A stretch of 64,000 bases of DNA from Pseudogymnoascus verrucosus (GCA_001662655.1 KV460206.1), one strand, 5' to 3'; shown: positions 37,400-48,978, numbered from the stretch's first letter. Numbers and translations are program-made. The notes: generated from the sequence alone by a model not told the origin.

Positions 37400-38880
37400 T
37401 TTTTTTTTTGGCTTGATACTATATACGGGAATCTCCAGTAGCGTAATGGTGGTTGCGGTCGCGGGTTTTGCGGGTAGGGAAGATGCGTGTCTCGTCTTGT
37501 CATGTCCTGTCCAGCTGAGATGGGGATCGTGGAGGGTGGTGATAGGGGGGATGGGTGTGGTGATTAGTTTATGGGATTAGTATATGGTGGTATATGAGTT
37601 AGTTTATGGATATTATGGATATCGCTGCTGGAATAAAGGAAGGTGCTTTGATTATAGAGGTTAAAGGGCAGGGGGGTCGGGTGGTAATTAGTAATTTGAA
37701 AACAGGATGTAAATTATGTGTTTCTATTCGAGTACACGGAAGATTTGATGTGTTAAGGGTACTCTAATTGTTAATGTTATCAGAGTGGTGTGAGTAAGTA
37801 TAGTGCAGTACAAGCTGATTTGATTACGGGGATTAGTTAGAGTACCGTATACCGTAACGTAACGTACTGTACAGTACAATATAGTACTTTAATTATACTT
37901 TTTTTTCAATATTTCAGAAGCGAAAGGGCAGATTGTCCTTTTTCAGGGTGATGGTGGTGACGAAAATGAAACCGAGATCAGCCAGTAACTAAGACACATA
38001 CTAAGACACATTTATATATATTTATACGAGCTATAAGTAACTATAGTAGGAGTAGTAGAGTAGTAGATTAGGTAGATTAGCAGATTAGTTAGATTATTGG
38101 GAAAAGCCGACGGGCTTGGTCTGACACTGACTGCCTAATCTAGAAGACGACAGTACGAAGTAGAAGATCATTTCCCTTGATTTGTCTCTTCTGTCCCTTT
38201 TGTCTCTTATTTTCCCAGATTGTTGGTTAGTAGGTTGGCGCTATACATATCGCGTAATTGGGCGCAGCGATGGGTGATGGGTATAGGTAAGGGTGTAAGG
38301 GTGTAAGGGTGTAAGGGCGATGGATGGAGTTTTGATTAATCACATTTTTCTTTTCCCTCTTTTCCCTTTTCTTCCCTTTTTTCCGATCTAATATTGGAGA
38401 TACTGTGTCAAAACATACAAGGTATATTAGATATTAGTATAGATTAGTAACGCTACATTATGCCTACAACTAATATACTCTAATATACTCTACACATACT
38501 ACTACCCTATGCACATGTACATACTCTCTATACGATACTATATGCTATATGCATGTACTGTAACAATACCATAATATAATAGTCCGAGTATCTCAAAGTC
38601 ACTATATCAACCCATCCCAGCCCACTTTAGTATATCCCCTAGCAAACTAATTATAATTCTCAATCGGGGTCTGGTTAGTCTCGCTATTCTGGCTAACTCT
38701 GGCTACTCTGACTAGTGTGATTTGTCTGATTTGTTAGATTTTTGTTACTTACTACGTCGGTCATTACTCTACTTCGTACTAAAATTGACGCTTACTTATC
38801 GATAGTGTACTATTTAGACAATTAATAAAGTTGATATAGCCAATCATCTCTCTCTCTTCTGTCCCATCTTCTTTCTTTCC
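37400..38880. other. AT-/TpA-rich low-complexity non-coding tract
   Basis: No ORF of 60 aa or more. Contains runs such as TAGTAGATTAGGTAGATTAGCAGATTAGTTAG, (GGGTGTAA)n and TAATATACTC x2. Confidence 0.5.
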
Positions 38881-39354
38881 CAGGCTTTTCCCAGCTTACA
38901 CTTTAATGCGCGCGGCTTGGTTTGTAGCGTTGTAGGTTTGTAGGTAGCAACGTCCTTTTTTGCCTCTAGACTTTTTTTCTTTTAATACAATCTGGTCCCA
39001 ACCCATAATCTGTAGACTGATCCACCCATGAACTCTTATTAAAAAGGTTGGCTTGTCCATAATCCATAATATACATACCGTACCCCCCCCCGTTGTCACT
39101 TTCACTGCTTTCAAACCCATAATCTCTCTTTCTCGGTGGCGTGAAACTCTTTGTTCCTTCTTTTATCCTAAATTCACTTGCTCTTCTTCTTCTTGTTCGT
39201 GTCAAAGAAAGGGTGGTCCCTCATTCTTCAAAAAGGGTCCGTTGGTCATACGTTATCACCACGCCGCGAGCTCCCTTACTTCACCTATCGCGCAACAAAC
39301 CATCAACGGCTTATCACAGTAAGGGTCTGATGTGCACCCTGTAACACCCTCAAA

Positions 39355-42032
39355 ATGCAACATCCCATGGATCTCGATCCTGAAGCGCCGCCGACTCACC
39401 AAAGCGACAACAAAGGCGACAAAAATCCCACCACTTCACATGCCAAAACACGGGATGCGCCAACCTCATCTGGCCACCCATCACCCGCACCCTCAAGCAG
39501 CTCAAGTCACCACAACGAGCTCTACGATCGCGAGCTTTCTAATTTCAACGCCGTACTCGCCTCTATCTCGCCTGCCGCAGCTCGCGCCGGCGTGCGCCAA
39601 AACTGGCGCAAATGCCTACTCGGCTCATCCAGCGATGAGGCCTTCTTCATTCGTAGTCTCATGGGGCGAACTTCAGATCACGTGATGACTAAGATCTTGG
39701 AGGATGAGCAGGAGAGGATTTTGGAGGTGGCTAGTGAGCACTACAAGGCGTTCTTAGATCAGGCGATGGCGATGAGGTTGGAGAGTATTAGCGCGAAGGA
39801 TTTGGTGGCGGTGTTGGCGAAGGCGAGAAGGTTGGGGTATGATGAGATGGACTTGGTGGAGGCGGATGAGATGGTTATGCCAGCCGAGAGGGCGGAGGCT
39901 AATGAGCCGAGCGACATGGAGGAGGAGGCGGAGGAGAATTTGCAGGTCGAGGTGCCTGAGGTGTTAGACGTGGAGGGTGGAGCGCGGAAGGATGGTTGGG
40001 AAAAGGAGAGGTTGATGGAGTTCAGGATGAAGGAGCAGGATGATGGGCGTCAGGGGTCGCAGACGGTGTTTAGCCAGACTGAGGGACATGCGAAGCGCAA
40101 GAGTAAACGCAAGGTGTGCCCGGCTTGCGGTGCGACGTTTCTTCAATCGGCCGGGTTGAAGTATCATATGGATCGTAAGGTCTGTGAGAGACAAAGGCCG
40201 ACTGCTCCTTTGAAGTTCTGGTGTGATCTCTGCTCAAAGGGGTTTACCACATCGGGCGGCCTCACTTATGTATGTATTGTCCCGGGATATGCACTGTGAT
40301 TGACTTACTAACAGCCTCTTAGCACCGATTGAACAATGTTTGCAAGGGCCATGAACCATCAACGGCGTCGTCTCCCAACGCCCAGCTTCAAGCTGAGCAG
40401 GCAGCAAAATATGCCGAGCCTCCAAGAGACCTAACACCCAGAGACATCCTTAAATCAGAGCCATACCCCGGAGCCTTGAACGTCCGCACCTATTCTCCTC
40501 CTCGGGCGCAAATGCCAGCAGCCCGCTTCACCGAATTCAAAGCCTCACCCAAACCCCTCCCCATGCACCCCTCCCCCCAACAATACCAACCACAACCGCA
40601 ATCCACGCCCTCCTCAAGCTCCAAACCATCCGTCGCCCTCACCCCCGAACAATACTCCGAGATGAACGCAAAACTCGAAAAGGAAGAGCGCCGCTTCGAA
40701 TCCGTCCTCGCAAAAGTATCTCCCCAGCTGTCCTCCGCCGAGCGGCACGCCGAGATCAAACGCCTCAAAGCGGGGAGCTCAACTCGCAAATCCATCATCC
40801 GTCGCGAATACGGCGTGCAAGTGCGCCGCTCCAAGGTCGCCACCGCCAACGCGATTCGCACGGCTAGTGGCGGAGTTGATATCTCTATGGTCGATGCGCC
40901 GCCCAGCACGAATGGGTTTGCGGCGATTAACCGCATTGCTTCGTTCCGCGCAGAGCCGAGCGAGCCGGACTCGAAGAGGAGGCGTACGGGCGAAGTCGAG
41001 GTGGTTAGGGGGAGAAATCCATCAATGTACGATCCGCTCCGCGATAACTCGGAGCGCAGTCGCAGTGTGGAGTACCCGCGCCCCAGTTTCAACGGCGGCG
41101 CGCAACAACTTCCTCATCCTGACCAGGTGCTGAAATCGGATAATCGCCCGACGACAGCGCAGAGGCAGAATGGCATTATACCCCGCTCGAGACCGCCGTT
41201 GCCGCTGCATGCCGAGCGCCCGCCGCATGGTACGCCGCAGCATCATGACCAGTATCGGCAACCTAGCTACCAGCAGCACCAGACCCCAACGGGGGGATTC
41301 ACGAGCGTCAATACCGAACAAAACCCCTCCTCTGCCCCACATGACCGCCGCGATAGTCATCACGGCCCTGTAGCACGGATGCAAACCTACGGCGCCCCGC
41401 CCTTCTACGTCGACCAAGACCGTCGCGAGCCGGCGCCCACACACCCGCCCTACCACCCTAGTCACCCCAGCCACCCCAACCACGAGGCAGCGGGTACATT
41501 CGGAGTCCTAAAATCGCATAAAAAAGTCCCCGTCCACGAGGCGCAGGTACAGTGGGATAATCTGCGGGGTGGCGCTGGGACTCACTATGGCGGACAGCTG
41601 GGTGTGAATGGCGCGGAGAGGAAGACCAGCGCGAGGACGGGGGATCTTATTGAGATCCTCTCCGATTCGTCGTCGTATTCGCATACCCCGCCCCAGGAGA
41701 AAGTAGTCGCGCAGGCGCAGCAGAAAGCCCCTGCCCCGCCGTCGTCGCGGGAGCAGGATGTTCCGCCTGAGGCGAGGCAGAGTGCTGGGGGAGGCGGGAG
41801 ACCGACTGCCCTACCTGCGCGAAGCTCGCCGCGGCCGGGGGAGAAGGGGGGGGAAATGAGGGGAGGGGAGGTGGAGAGTGATAGCGATGATGGGAGTGAT
41901 ACTAGTATACCGGCAAGGAGGACGCCGGGGAAGAATGAAGTGTACCGCGATACGCTGTCTGCGGCGCCGCGGAGCGCGAGGGGGAGGGGGAAGTATGGGA
42001 GGGATGAGAAGGAGAATAGGGGGTTTGAATGA
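39355..42032 (+). CDS. Zinc-finger protein with two C2HC-type fingers and long disordered regions
   Basis: CPACGATFLQSAGLKYHMDRKVC and CDLCSKGFTTSGGLTY|HRLNNVC; the second finger is completed only by splicing intron 40270-40322. Confidence 0.8.
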
Positions 42033-42395
42033 TTTGGTGGCTTGGGGTTGAGGTTGGGAGGCGTTCTGGGATGGGGTGTTTGGCTTTTTATTGGGGGTTG
42101 GTTGCTTTGCGTTTGAAGCGTGGGGGGAAATCTAGCAACAAGGATATATACCGTTTTAAGGGGTTTAGGCTGGGTTTGCGTGTATATTAGGGGGCGGGGG
42201 CGAGAATAATATGCCCCTGAGATGGATTTTGACAAGTACCAAAGCAAGGAATCATATAATATCGTCCTTTACCCATAAGCCCCTTCCCGCCTCAAGAGTG
42301 ATCCATAATGAATAGAGCTCCATGGGCTTGTAACCTACGCTTGAACCTATACGCCTTGGCATTTATAATGTTAAAAAGGGGGGCTTCAACATGAA

Positions 42396-42412
42396 TGACT
42401 CAAACCACGTGA
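42396..42412. promoter_or_regulatory. Adjacent CpcA/Gcn4-type TGACTCA and E-box CACGTG
   Basis: TGACTCA 42396-42402 and CACGTG 42406-42411 lie ~75-90 bp upstream of the ATG at 42487. Confidence 0.4.
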
Positions 42413-42486
42413 TAACGCGTGATTACCGCGTATTCCAACGTCTCAACGATCCCGTAAAAATAAGGGAACCTCAAGAATTAGCCACC

Positions 42487-43928
42487 ATGATCCCAATTAA
42501 CAGAAACCTTTCTACTCTACGGCACCTCCATCGAAGGGCAACAGCTGTCTCTATATGGAGGGTACCCCTAGATCATGCCGGCCTCCGTAGATTCACCGTC
42601 GACGCAAAGAAGCAAGGGACCGTTGAGCGAGTCATCCGCGATGCCCCCTCAGCCTCTGAGCACCACTACGGCGCCATCGTCGTCGGCGGCGGCCCTGCCG
42701 GCCTCGCCACAGTCGGAACCCTCCTCGATGAAGACGTCAAACCCATTCTCTGGATAGACCATAAATTCCAAGGCGGGCGACTCAATGCGCAATACAGGGA
42801 GGTCCCAAGGTGCGTCACGTCACATGATCCCCCTCCCCCACGGCTCCCTCTCCTTCTTGAATTCCAGAAATATTTATATACTAACGGCATACCAGTAACA
42901 CCAAAGTCTCCCTCTTCATAGCCTTCGCGCGCGCCACAGCCGCCTTCCGCAAGATCGCTGATCAAGACCCCACCCCGCCTGCCTACGCGGCACTGCAGGC
43001 TATGGACCAGGACACGGGGTGTACCCTCGCTGCGGCGGGGGATATGGTTGTTGAGCTCACAGCGGGTTTGGGGAAGGAAACGGACGTGGTGATGGAGTAC
43101 GGACATGTGGAAGCCGGGTCGCTGAACGAGCAGGGCGTGTGGAGCGTCACTACGCGGGCGAGTCCCGCGGAGGCGAAGAAGGCGGGTATCCCCACGACGC
43201 GCCTTCTTGTCCTCGCAACTGGAGCGCGTCCGCTCCCACCGCGACTGCCGGAGACGTATCCCTATCTGACCCCTCTGCACCTCGACACTGCGCTTAGCCC
43301 AACGGCACTGGCGGAGGCGCTGCCGAGGGATAGGGACGTGAAAATCGGCCTCGTAGGCGCCTCGCACTCTGCCATCCTAGTCCTGCGAAACCTGTACGAG
43401 CTAGCGCGGAGCACGCACCCTGGGCTAAGGGTGAAGTGGTTTAGTCGGCATCCGCTGCGGTATGCGGTTGACAAGGGGGATTGGATATTACGCGATAACA
43501 CCGGCTTAAAGGGGGATACAGCTGTTTGGGCGAGGGAGAATCTCGAGGAGGGGGTTTGGGAACAGAGTGATGTGAAGGGGTATGTCCAGAAGATTTTCAC
43601 GACGCCGGGGGAGGGGGAGAAGGTGGCGTATGAGAGGGAACTGGGGGGAAGGGGGGTGGATATGATTTGTGAGGCTGTTGGGTTTGAGAAGGCGGATTTG
43701 CCGAGGTTGGAGAGGAGAGGGGAGGGGATTGGGAGGATTGAGGCGGATGGGTTGACGGGGGGGTTGAGGGATGAGGGGGGGGAGATTGGGGGGTTGAAGG
43801 GGGTGGGGATTGCGTGGCCGGAACGAGTTACGGATAAGGAGGGGAATGTGGAGAGTGCGGTTGGGTTGTGGAAGTTTATGAGGTATTTGAAGAGGGTTGT
43901 GCCGGAGTGGGCGAAGGAAAGTAAATAG
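42487..43928 (+). CDS. FAD/NAD(P)-dependent oxidoreductase (pyridine nucleotide-disulfide / class B monooxygenase-like)
   Basis: GCCACCATG start and basic presequence-like N-terminus. IVVGGGPAGL FAD motif, GGRL..YREVPS|NTKV (intron 42810-42895), LVLATGA, and a second motif VGASHSA. Confidence 0.85.
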
Positions 43929-44415
43929 GTGGCGTTGGAGGGTAGGCTTTTGTTGTGGCATTTATAGGAGCTTCCAATTTAGATTTTAGATATGTTCGGA
44001 AGCAGGGAGATATGCTTCGTCAGCTCGGAGCGCCTGTTATAACTCGTATGTTAATATCAACATGTCATCCTAAAATTTAGAATGATGCGCAACAAACTCC
44101 TTGCAAAGTCATTCAAAGAACCATGCCAGGGCTATCTAAACTTAACAGTTAACACCAGATGGACTTCCCTTTCTTTCCTTATTTTTAATCTCGAGGGTGA
44201 TGAAGGAGAGGGGATTTCTTGTAGGTAGGTTTATACATAAACTTACGGCGGTAGGCGGAACAGAAATCAGGAGATTGTGACTTCATCCAACGTCACCACC
44301 GAAGCTAGATACGAGGCATAATTGCACGACGCCTCATAACTGTCTTACTATTCTTTAATTCCCATAGCTATTGAAAGCATAACTTCAACTCTAACCTCAA
44401 CACAAATCGACAACA

Positions 44416-45468
44416 ATGTTCAGCCTCCCTACCCGCCTCGCCCTATCGCAAGCCATCTCCCTCCCCCTTTCCGCACGCGCCTTCTCCAGCTCTACTCCAG
44501 CAGTAGCCCAGCTCGCCAAAACGCTGCTTGAAGACAAGGACCAAGGCCTCGGTTTCATCCGGTCGAACCCCCGCGCCCCAAAACCGCGCAAGCTCGGCCT
44601 CACAGAGATGCGTGGACCATATTACTCTGCATACGGGACCCGACATCTAGAGGATGTGTTCGAGACGATGGGGACACATGTGGATGGGCTGAAGTTCGCT
44701 GGGGGCTCGTTTGCGGTGATGCCCGAGGAGAGGGTGAGGGAGATGACTGAGGTGGCGCATCGGAATGGGGTTTATGTGTCTACGGTGAGTAGTGTCGGTG
44801 TAGTAAGATGATAGATGTATACTGGTGCTAACTGCGGGGAGGGGGGATTCATAGAGCATATCCTCACGCATGCGGATGTACACAGCGTGGTGGATAGGTA
44901 TCTTCGAAAGTGCAAGGACCTCGGGTGAGTTCCCTACCTTTAACTGTAAACTCGTCTTACTAGGAACAGCTTCGATGTCGTAGAATTGTCCAGCGGCTTC
45001 CTCTCCTTCCCACCAGACGACTGGCTCCGCCTCGTCGAGAAAGTGCAGAGCCACGGCCTCAAGGCCAAGCCTGAACTCGGCATCCAGTTCGGCGCCGGCG
45101 GAGACACGGAGGCCTCCGCTCTGGAAATGACGGGCACGAGCGACCCGGCTAAGTTGGTGGAGATGGGGAGGAAGTTTCTCGCAGCAGGCGTAGAGGTGAT
45201 GATGATTGAATCGGAGGGGATTACGGAGAATGTACGGACGTGGAGGACGGATGTGATCCAGAAGATCTTGAGGGATCTGCCGATGGAGAACGTGATGTTC
45301 GAGGCTGCGGAGCCGAAGGTGTTTAATTGGTATGTGAGGGAGTTTGGGGTTGATGTTAATTTGTTTGTGGATCATAGCCAGGTGGTGCAGTTGGCGTGTT
45401 TGAGGAGTGGGATTTGGGGGATGGCGGATACGTTTGGGAAAGTGGTGAGTTTTAGAGATGGTAACTGA
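44416..45468 (+). CDS. ComA / (2R)-phospho-3-sulfolactate synthase family protein (HSA32-like TIM barrel)
   Basis: KPRKLGLTEMRGPYY, VDGLKFAGGS, GVYVST|GGFIE, LG|FDVVELSSG, KPELG, MIESEGITE, MFEAA and VNLFVDHSQVVQLACLRSGIWG. Introns 44785-44841 and 44925-44969. Confidence 0.88.
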
Positions 45469-45788
45469 AGGTTTGAGAGGAAGGTGATGGATTGGAACTT
45501 ATCATTTTAGACGTCTCGTCACCTCTTATATGCCACTATACGTAAAGGATAATTACATATGACTAAACTCAAAATGATTATGCATCCCCTACGCCCCGCT
45601 ATGCACAAGCTTCCAATCTTGTTGCTATCAATCGTGCCAAGGCATATCGTAGAACCCAAGCCCCTTGCCGCCTCAAATGTGATATTTAGATAAATTGAGA
45701 GCGAACTTGGCGACTTGATTCTCACCCAAGCCGCTCACATTTGGAACACCACAGTTGCAGCCAGGGACAGTACAGTAATTCGCAGCTT

Positions 45789-48006
45789 CTACCACAGGCG
45801 TCGGGGTTTTGGTCGCCTGGGTAGATCGCATTCGCACCCTGCCACCTCGCAGTACTTAGTATCCCCCTTTTTTCCCTTGGCTTTCACTGCAGGCGGCGCT
45901 GGTTTCGGTCGTCTGGGTAGGCTGCACTCGCACCCTGCCACGTCACAGTACTCGATCTCCGCCTTTGTTTCCTTTGTGTTCACTGCAGGCGGCGGTGGCT
46001 TTGGTCGTCTGGGTAGGCTGCACTCGCACCCTGCCGTTTCACAGTACTCGATCTCCGCCTCTGTTTTCCTGGCATTCACTTTGGGAGATGGTGGCTTTGG
46101 TCGTCTGGGTAGATCGCACTCGCACCCATCCAAGTCGCAGTAGTTGATCTTCTCCTGTGTTTCCTCAGCGGTGCCGTTACTAGAAGTATCGCGTGGGATC
46201 TTTGGCTTCGATAGCTTGTGACCCGTAATACAGATACGGCCTGACTTGCGGCAGGGTATGCAGATAAAAAATTCCCCGTCACTGCAGAGGATGCAGCGGA
46301 AGTAGGAAGTGTCGTCTATGAAGCCGCAACCGCAAAAGTCGCACGTACCTACAATTTCGTCGTCGTCATCCTCCTCCCCCTCCTCTTCGTCGTCATCACC
46401 CGAGTCATGCTCCAGCTCTCGCGAGACCATGTCGTGCCCTCCTGGACACGACGTGCCGTCGGCGTTACAGCCCCGACAGAGGTTGTAGTTGCCATCAGCA
46501 CAGATATAGCAGTGCTTGTGCGTCTGGGTCTTAGGGAACTCGTCGTAGCAGTTATCGCATATCAGGTTGTAGTCGTCAAAATCCCCCATGCCCTCGTCCC
46601 CTGTGTCCTCATCAGTGTTTTGGTCGTCGTTGGCATTAGAATCCGGCTCGTCCGCCCATTTGTCCCCCGCGTCAGTTTCGGCTGCCGTCGCCGCCCGCGC
46701 CGCCGCGAACTGGTCTGAGGCGCTCACCAGAGCCTCCTTGATGATGTGTAGTACATTGGGATAGACACCGCCCTGGCCGCGCCGTAGCCGCGCGATCTCC
46801 TTGTGGTCGCCGTCGACCTTCATGCGCGTCTTCTCGGCTTCGAAGTTCAGCAGCGCCGACGACCGCTCCACCATCACTTTTGCCTCTCCGCGTCGCTCCC
46901 ACTGACCGTCTGGCCCCTGGGCCACTGTGCTAGTCGCCCGAGACTCATAGTATGTGTGAATTGTCATGTCCTTGGCTACGTGCCGGAATCGCTCTGAGAG
47001 ACCTGTCAGTGTCGGCGATTCGCGCTTGAGCTCGCTGATCAGCGTCTGTGTTGGGTGGCCCTTGACAAGTGTCTCCAGTGCTGACACCTCTAGCCCGTTG
47101 TGTGGGGCTCCAAAGAAGATGAGGGTGCGCACTGGGAGGCGTGAGCGGATGCTGGGCTCTAGATCGGTGATGGCCTGGAGGGGTTAGCATGGGATTTAGA
47201 TATAAAGGAGTCATGGCTACCTGTTTGATGATAAGGGCGCCGAGACTATGGCCCTAATCAGACGTAGTCAGTATAGGTTATTAACAAGAAGTTAGCAGTC
47301 TTCAGAATAGTGAGTAACACGTACAATCAGGATAAGGGGCCTGTCTCTACACTAATGGGAACGTTAGTTGTGGTTGTAAGTATAGAGAAAGGGGGGAGGG
47401 GAGAAGGGGAAGAGCGTACGGATGGATGGTCTCTTAGATCCATTAGGCTCTGGATAAAGCTGTTCCCATAGTCCGAGATAATGCTCTTTGCTGTGTTGGC
47501 ACCATGCAGCTGCGACTCGTAGCCGTAGATGAGGATCCGGGCCCGGTTCTGGATATCTCGCGGCAGGTAGTCCCGTAACCACATCTTCTGTCCGCTATGC
47601 GCCCAAGACCCAAACGCATGGCCGGCGAGGCCGGTGATTGCAATAATGCTACAATTCCCTCATGTCAGTGAAGTTGCCCCAAGACAATTTACTTTTTTAT
47701 ATATATCGGTACTTACTCTGCGTAGACATCTTTATCTGGGTTGTTGAGCGGCGTGAAGCCGATAAAGTCCTTGTCTATGTCGAAGTCATAGTTTTCCTCA
47801 GCTCGCGGCTCCCTTGGCTCCCGCGACGAGAAGAGGATTGTTGCCGTTAGTGTGCCATCCGCATCGTAGTTGGTTACATCTGGCACAAGCGACTTGACCT
47901 CGATATACTTCCTGTCGTCGCTGTGGAAGCACGACTTGAGCCGCTCTTTGGTGAAGTCCGCTGGGATGCTCTGGATCCGCCATGTCAGGGGGCGACTTGA
48001 TACCAT
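45789..48006 (-). CDS. SesB/SERAC1(DUF676)-like alpha/beta-hydrolase fused to two ZZ-type zinc fingers and four Cys-rich repeats
   Basis: Exons 48006-47717, 47648-47420, 47351-47325, 47253-47221 and 47174-45789. Hydrolase motifs DIIAITGLAGHAFGSW, MWLRDYLP, RPLILI|GHSLGALIIKQ, FFGAPHNG, YESRAT and DHKEIAR. These are followed by an acidic linker, CDNC...CYIC...LCRGC...C..GH, CDFC...CILC...ICIPC...C..GH, and the repeats. Confidence 0.85.
45800..46143 (-). repeat. Coding tandem repeat: 4 x 96 bp (32 aa; last copy truncated), YC[DE]xxGCEC[DS]LPRRPKP
   Basis: TCGCACCC anchor at 45832, 45928, 46024 and 46120, an exact 96-bp period. Confidence 0.92.
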
Positions 48007-48686
48007 GGTTGTAGCTTAAAAGTACATATGTCGAAAAAGAATATAGAGAGGAATTTGGGGGAGAGGAGGGGTAACAGAGATATAGCAGGCTATATTATAC
48101 TTACATATTATGCGGTATTTCAGTATGGAATCCTTCGCGGGACAGACCTATGATGAAACAGTTTACTACTAATAGAAATAACTGCCAAGGGAGCTGGGTG
48201 TTGACAAGGCTGTGAAGCTGAAAAATACTGAAGTTCGTGGTTGGTAGGCAATCCATAACATGTGCCTGTGCCTGTTTGTGGCTGACAAGCCATGCTGGAA
48301 CAGGTAAAGGGAGGCCTGCAATGTATCCTAATGGGGGCATTGGAACTTAACGCTGTAGCATCCACCCGCAAAAGCTGGCTTGCACGGACCGCATGAAAGA
48401 GCCAAGGATTGTTTAAGATTGGTGGGTTAGTAGATGGACGGGTGAGCACTATTAGATCTCCACCGTTGCATGTTTTCATTTGTTCCTTTTGCCTTAGAAT
48501 TATATATATTTTTAGTTAGGCCACATCGTATATGCATAGATCCTCTACTATTTAGGGAGGCTTAGACCACCATTCCCTCTTTTGGGGAACCACTCCTCCC
48601 CCTCTCTCAAATCCTTTAGGGCTAGGGTTGGATTGAAACATCGTTCTGGGTTCATTGCTGGTAAGCTACCTAGCCAAATAGAATGT

Positions 48687-48978
48687 TCTGTCGCGATGTT
48701 TTAAGTTTGGGAATAGTATCATCGTGGTGTGGAGGACGCTTCGGCAGGATGGCCGCTGCGAAAGGCCGGCGGCAAGACGAAACACCAACAATAGCTAGCC
48801 ACGCAGTGCAATATGATTAATATAAACTCTGTCGCGATGTTTTAAGTTTGGGAATAAGTATCCATCGTGGTGTGGAGGACGTTTCGACAGGATGGCCGCT
48901 GCGAAAGGCCGGCGGCAAGACGAAACACCAACAATAGCTATCCACGCAGTGCAATATGATTAATATAAACTCTGTCGC
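48687..48978. repeat. Recent direct tandem duplication (141 and 143 bp) bounded by TCTGTCGC microhomology
   Basis: Copy 1 48687-48827 and copy 2 48828-48970 are near-identical, with two 1-bp indels and a few substitutions. TCTGTCGC recurs at 48687, 48828 and 48971. Confidence 0.95.

Noticed and set aside
38279..38320. Telomere-like repeat (GGGTGTAA)n
   Set aside because: Only about three copies, not TTAGGG, and internal; an ordinary microsatellite.
48687..48978. LTR or transposon terminal repeats
   Set aside because: The copies are directly adjacent, with no internal sequence, no TG...CA ends and no transposase or reverse transcriptase nearby.
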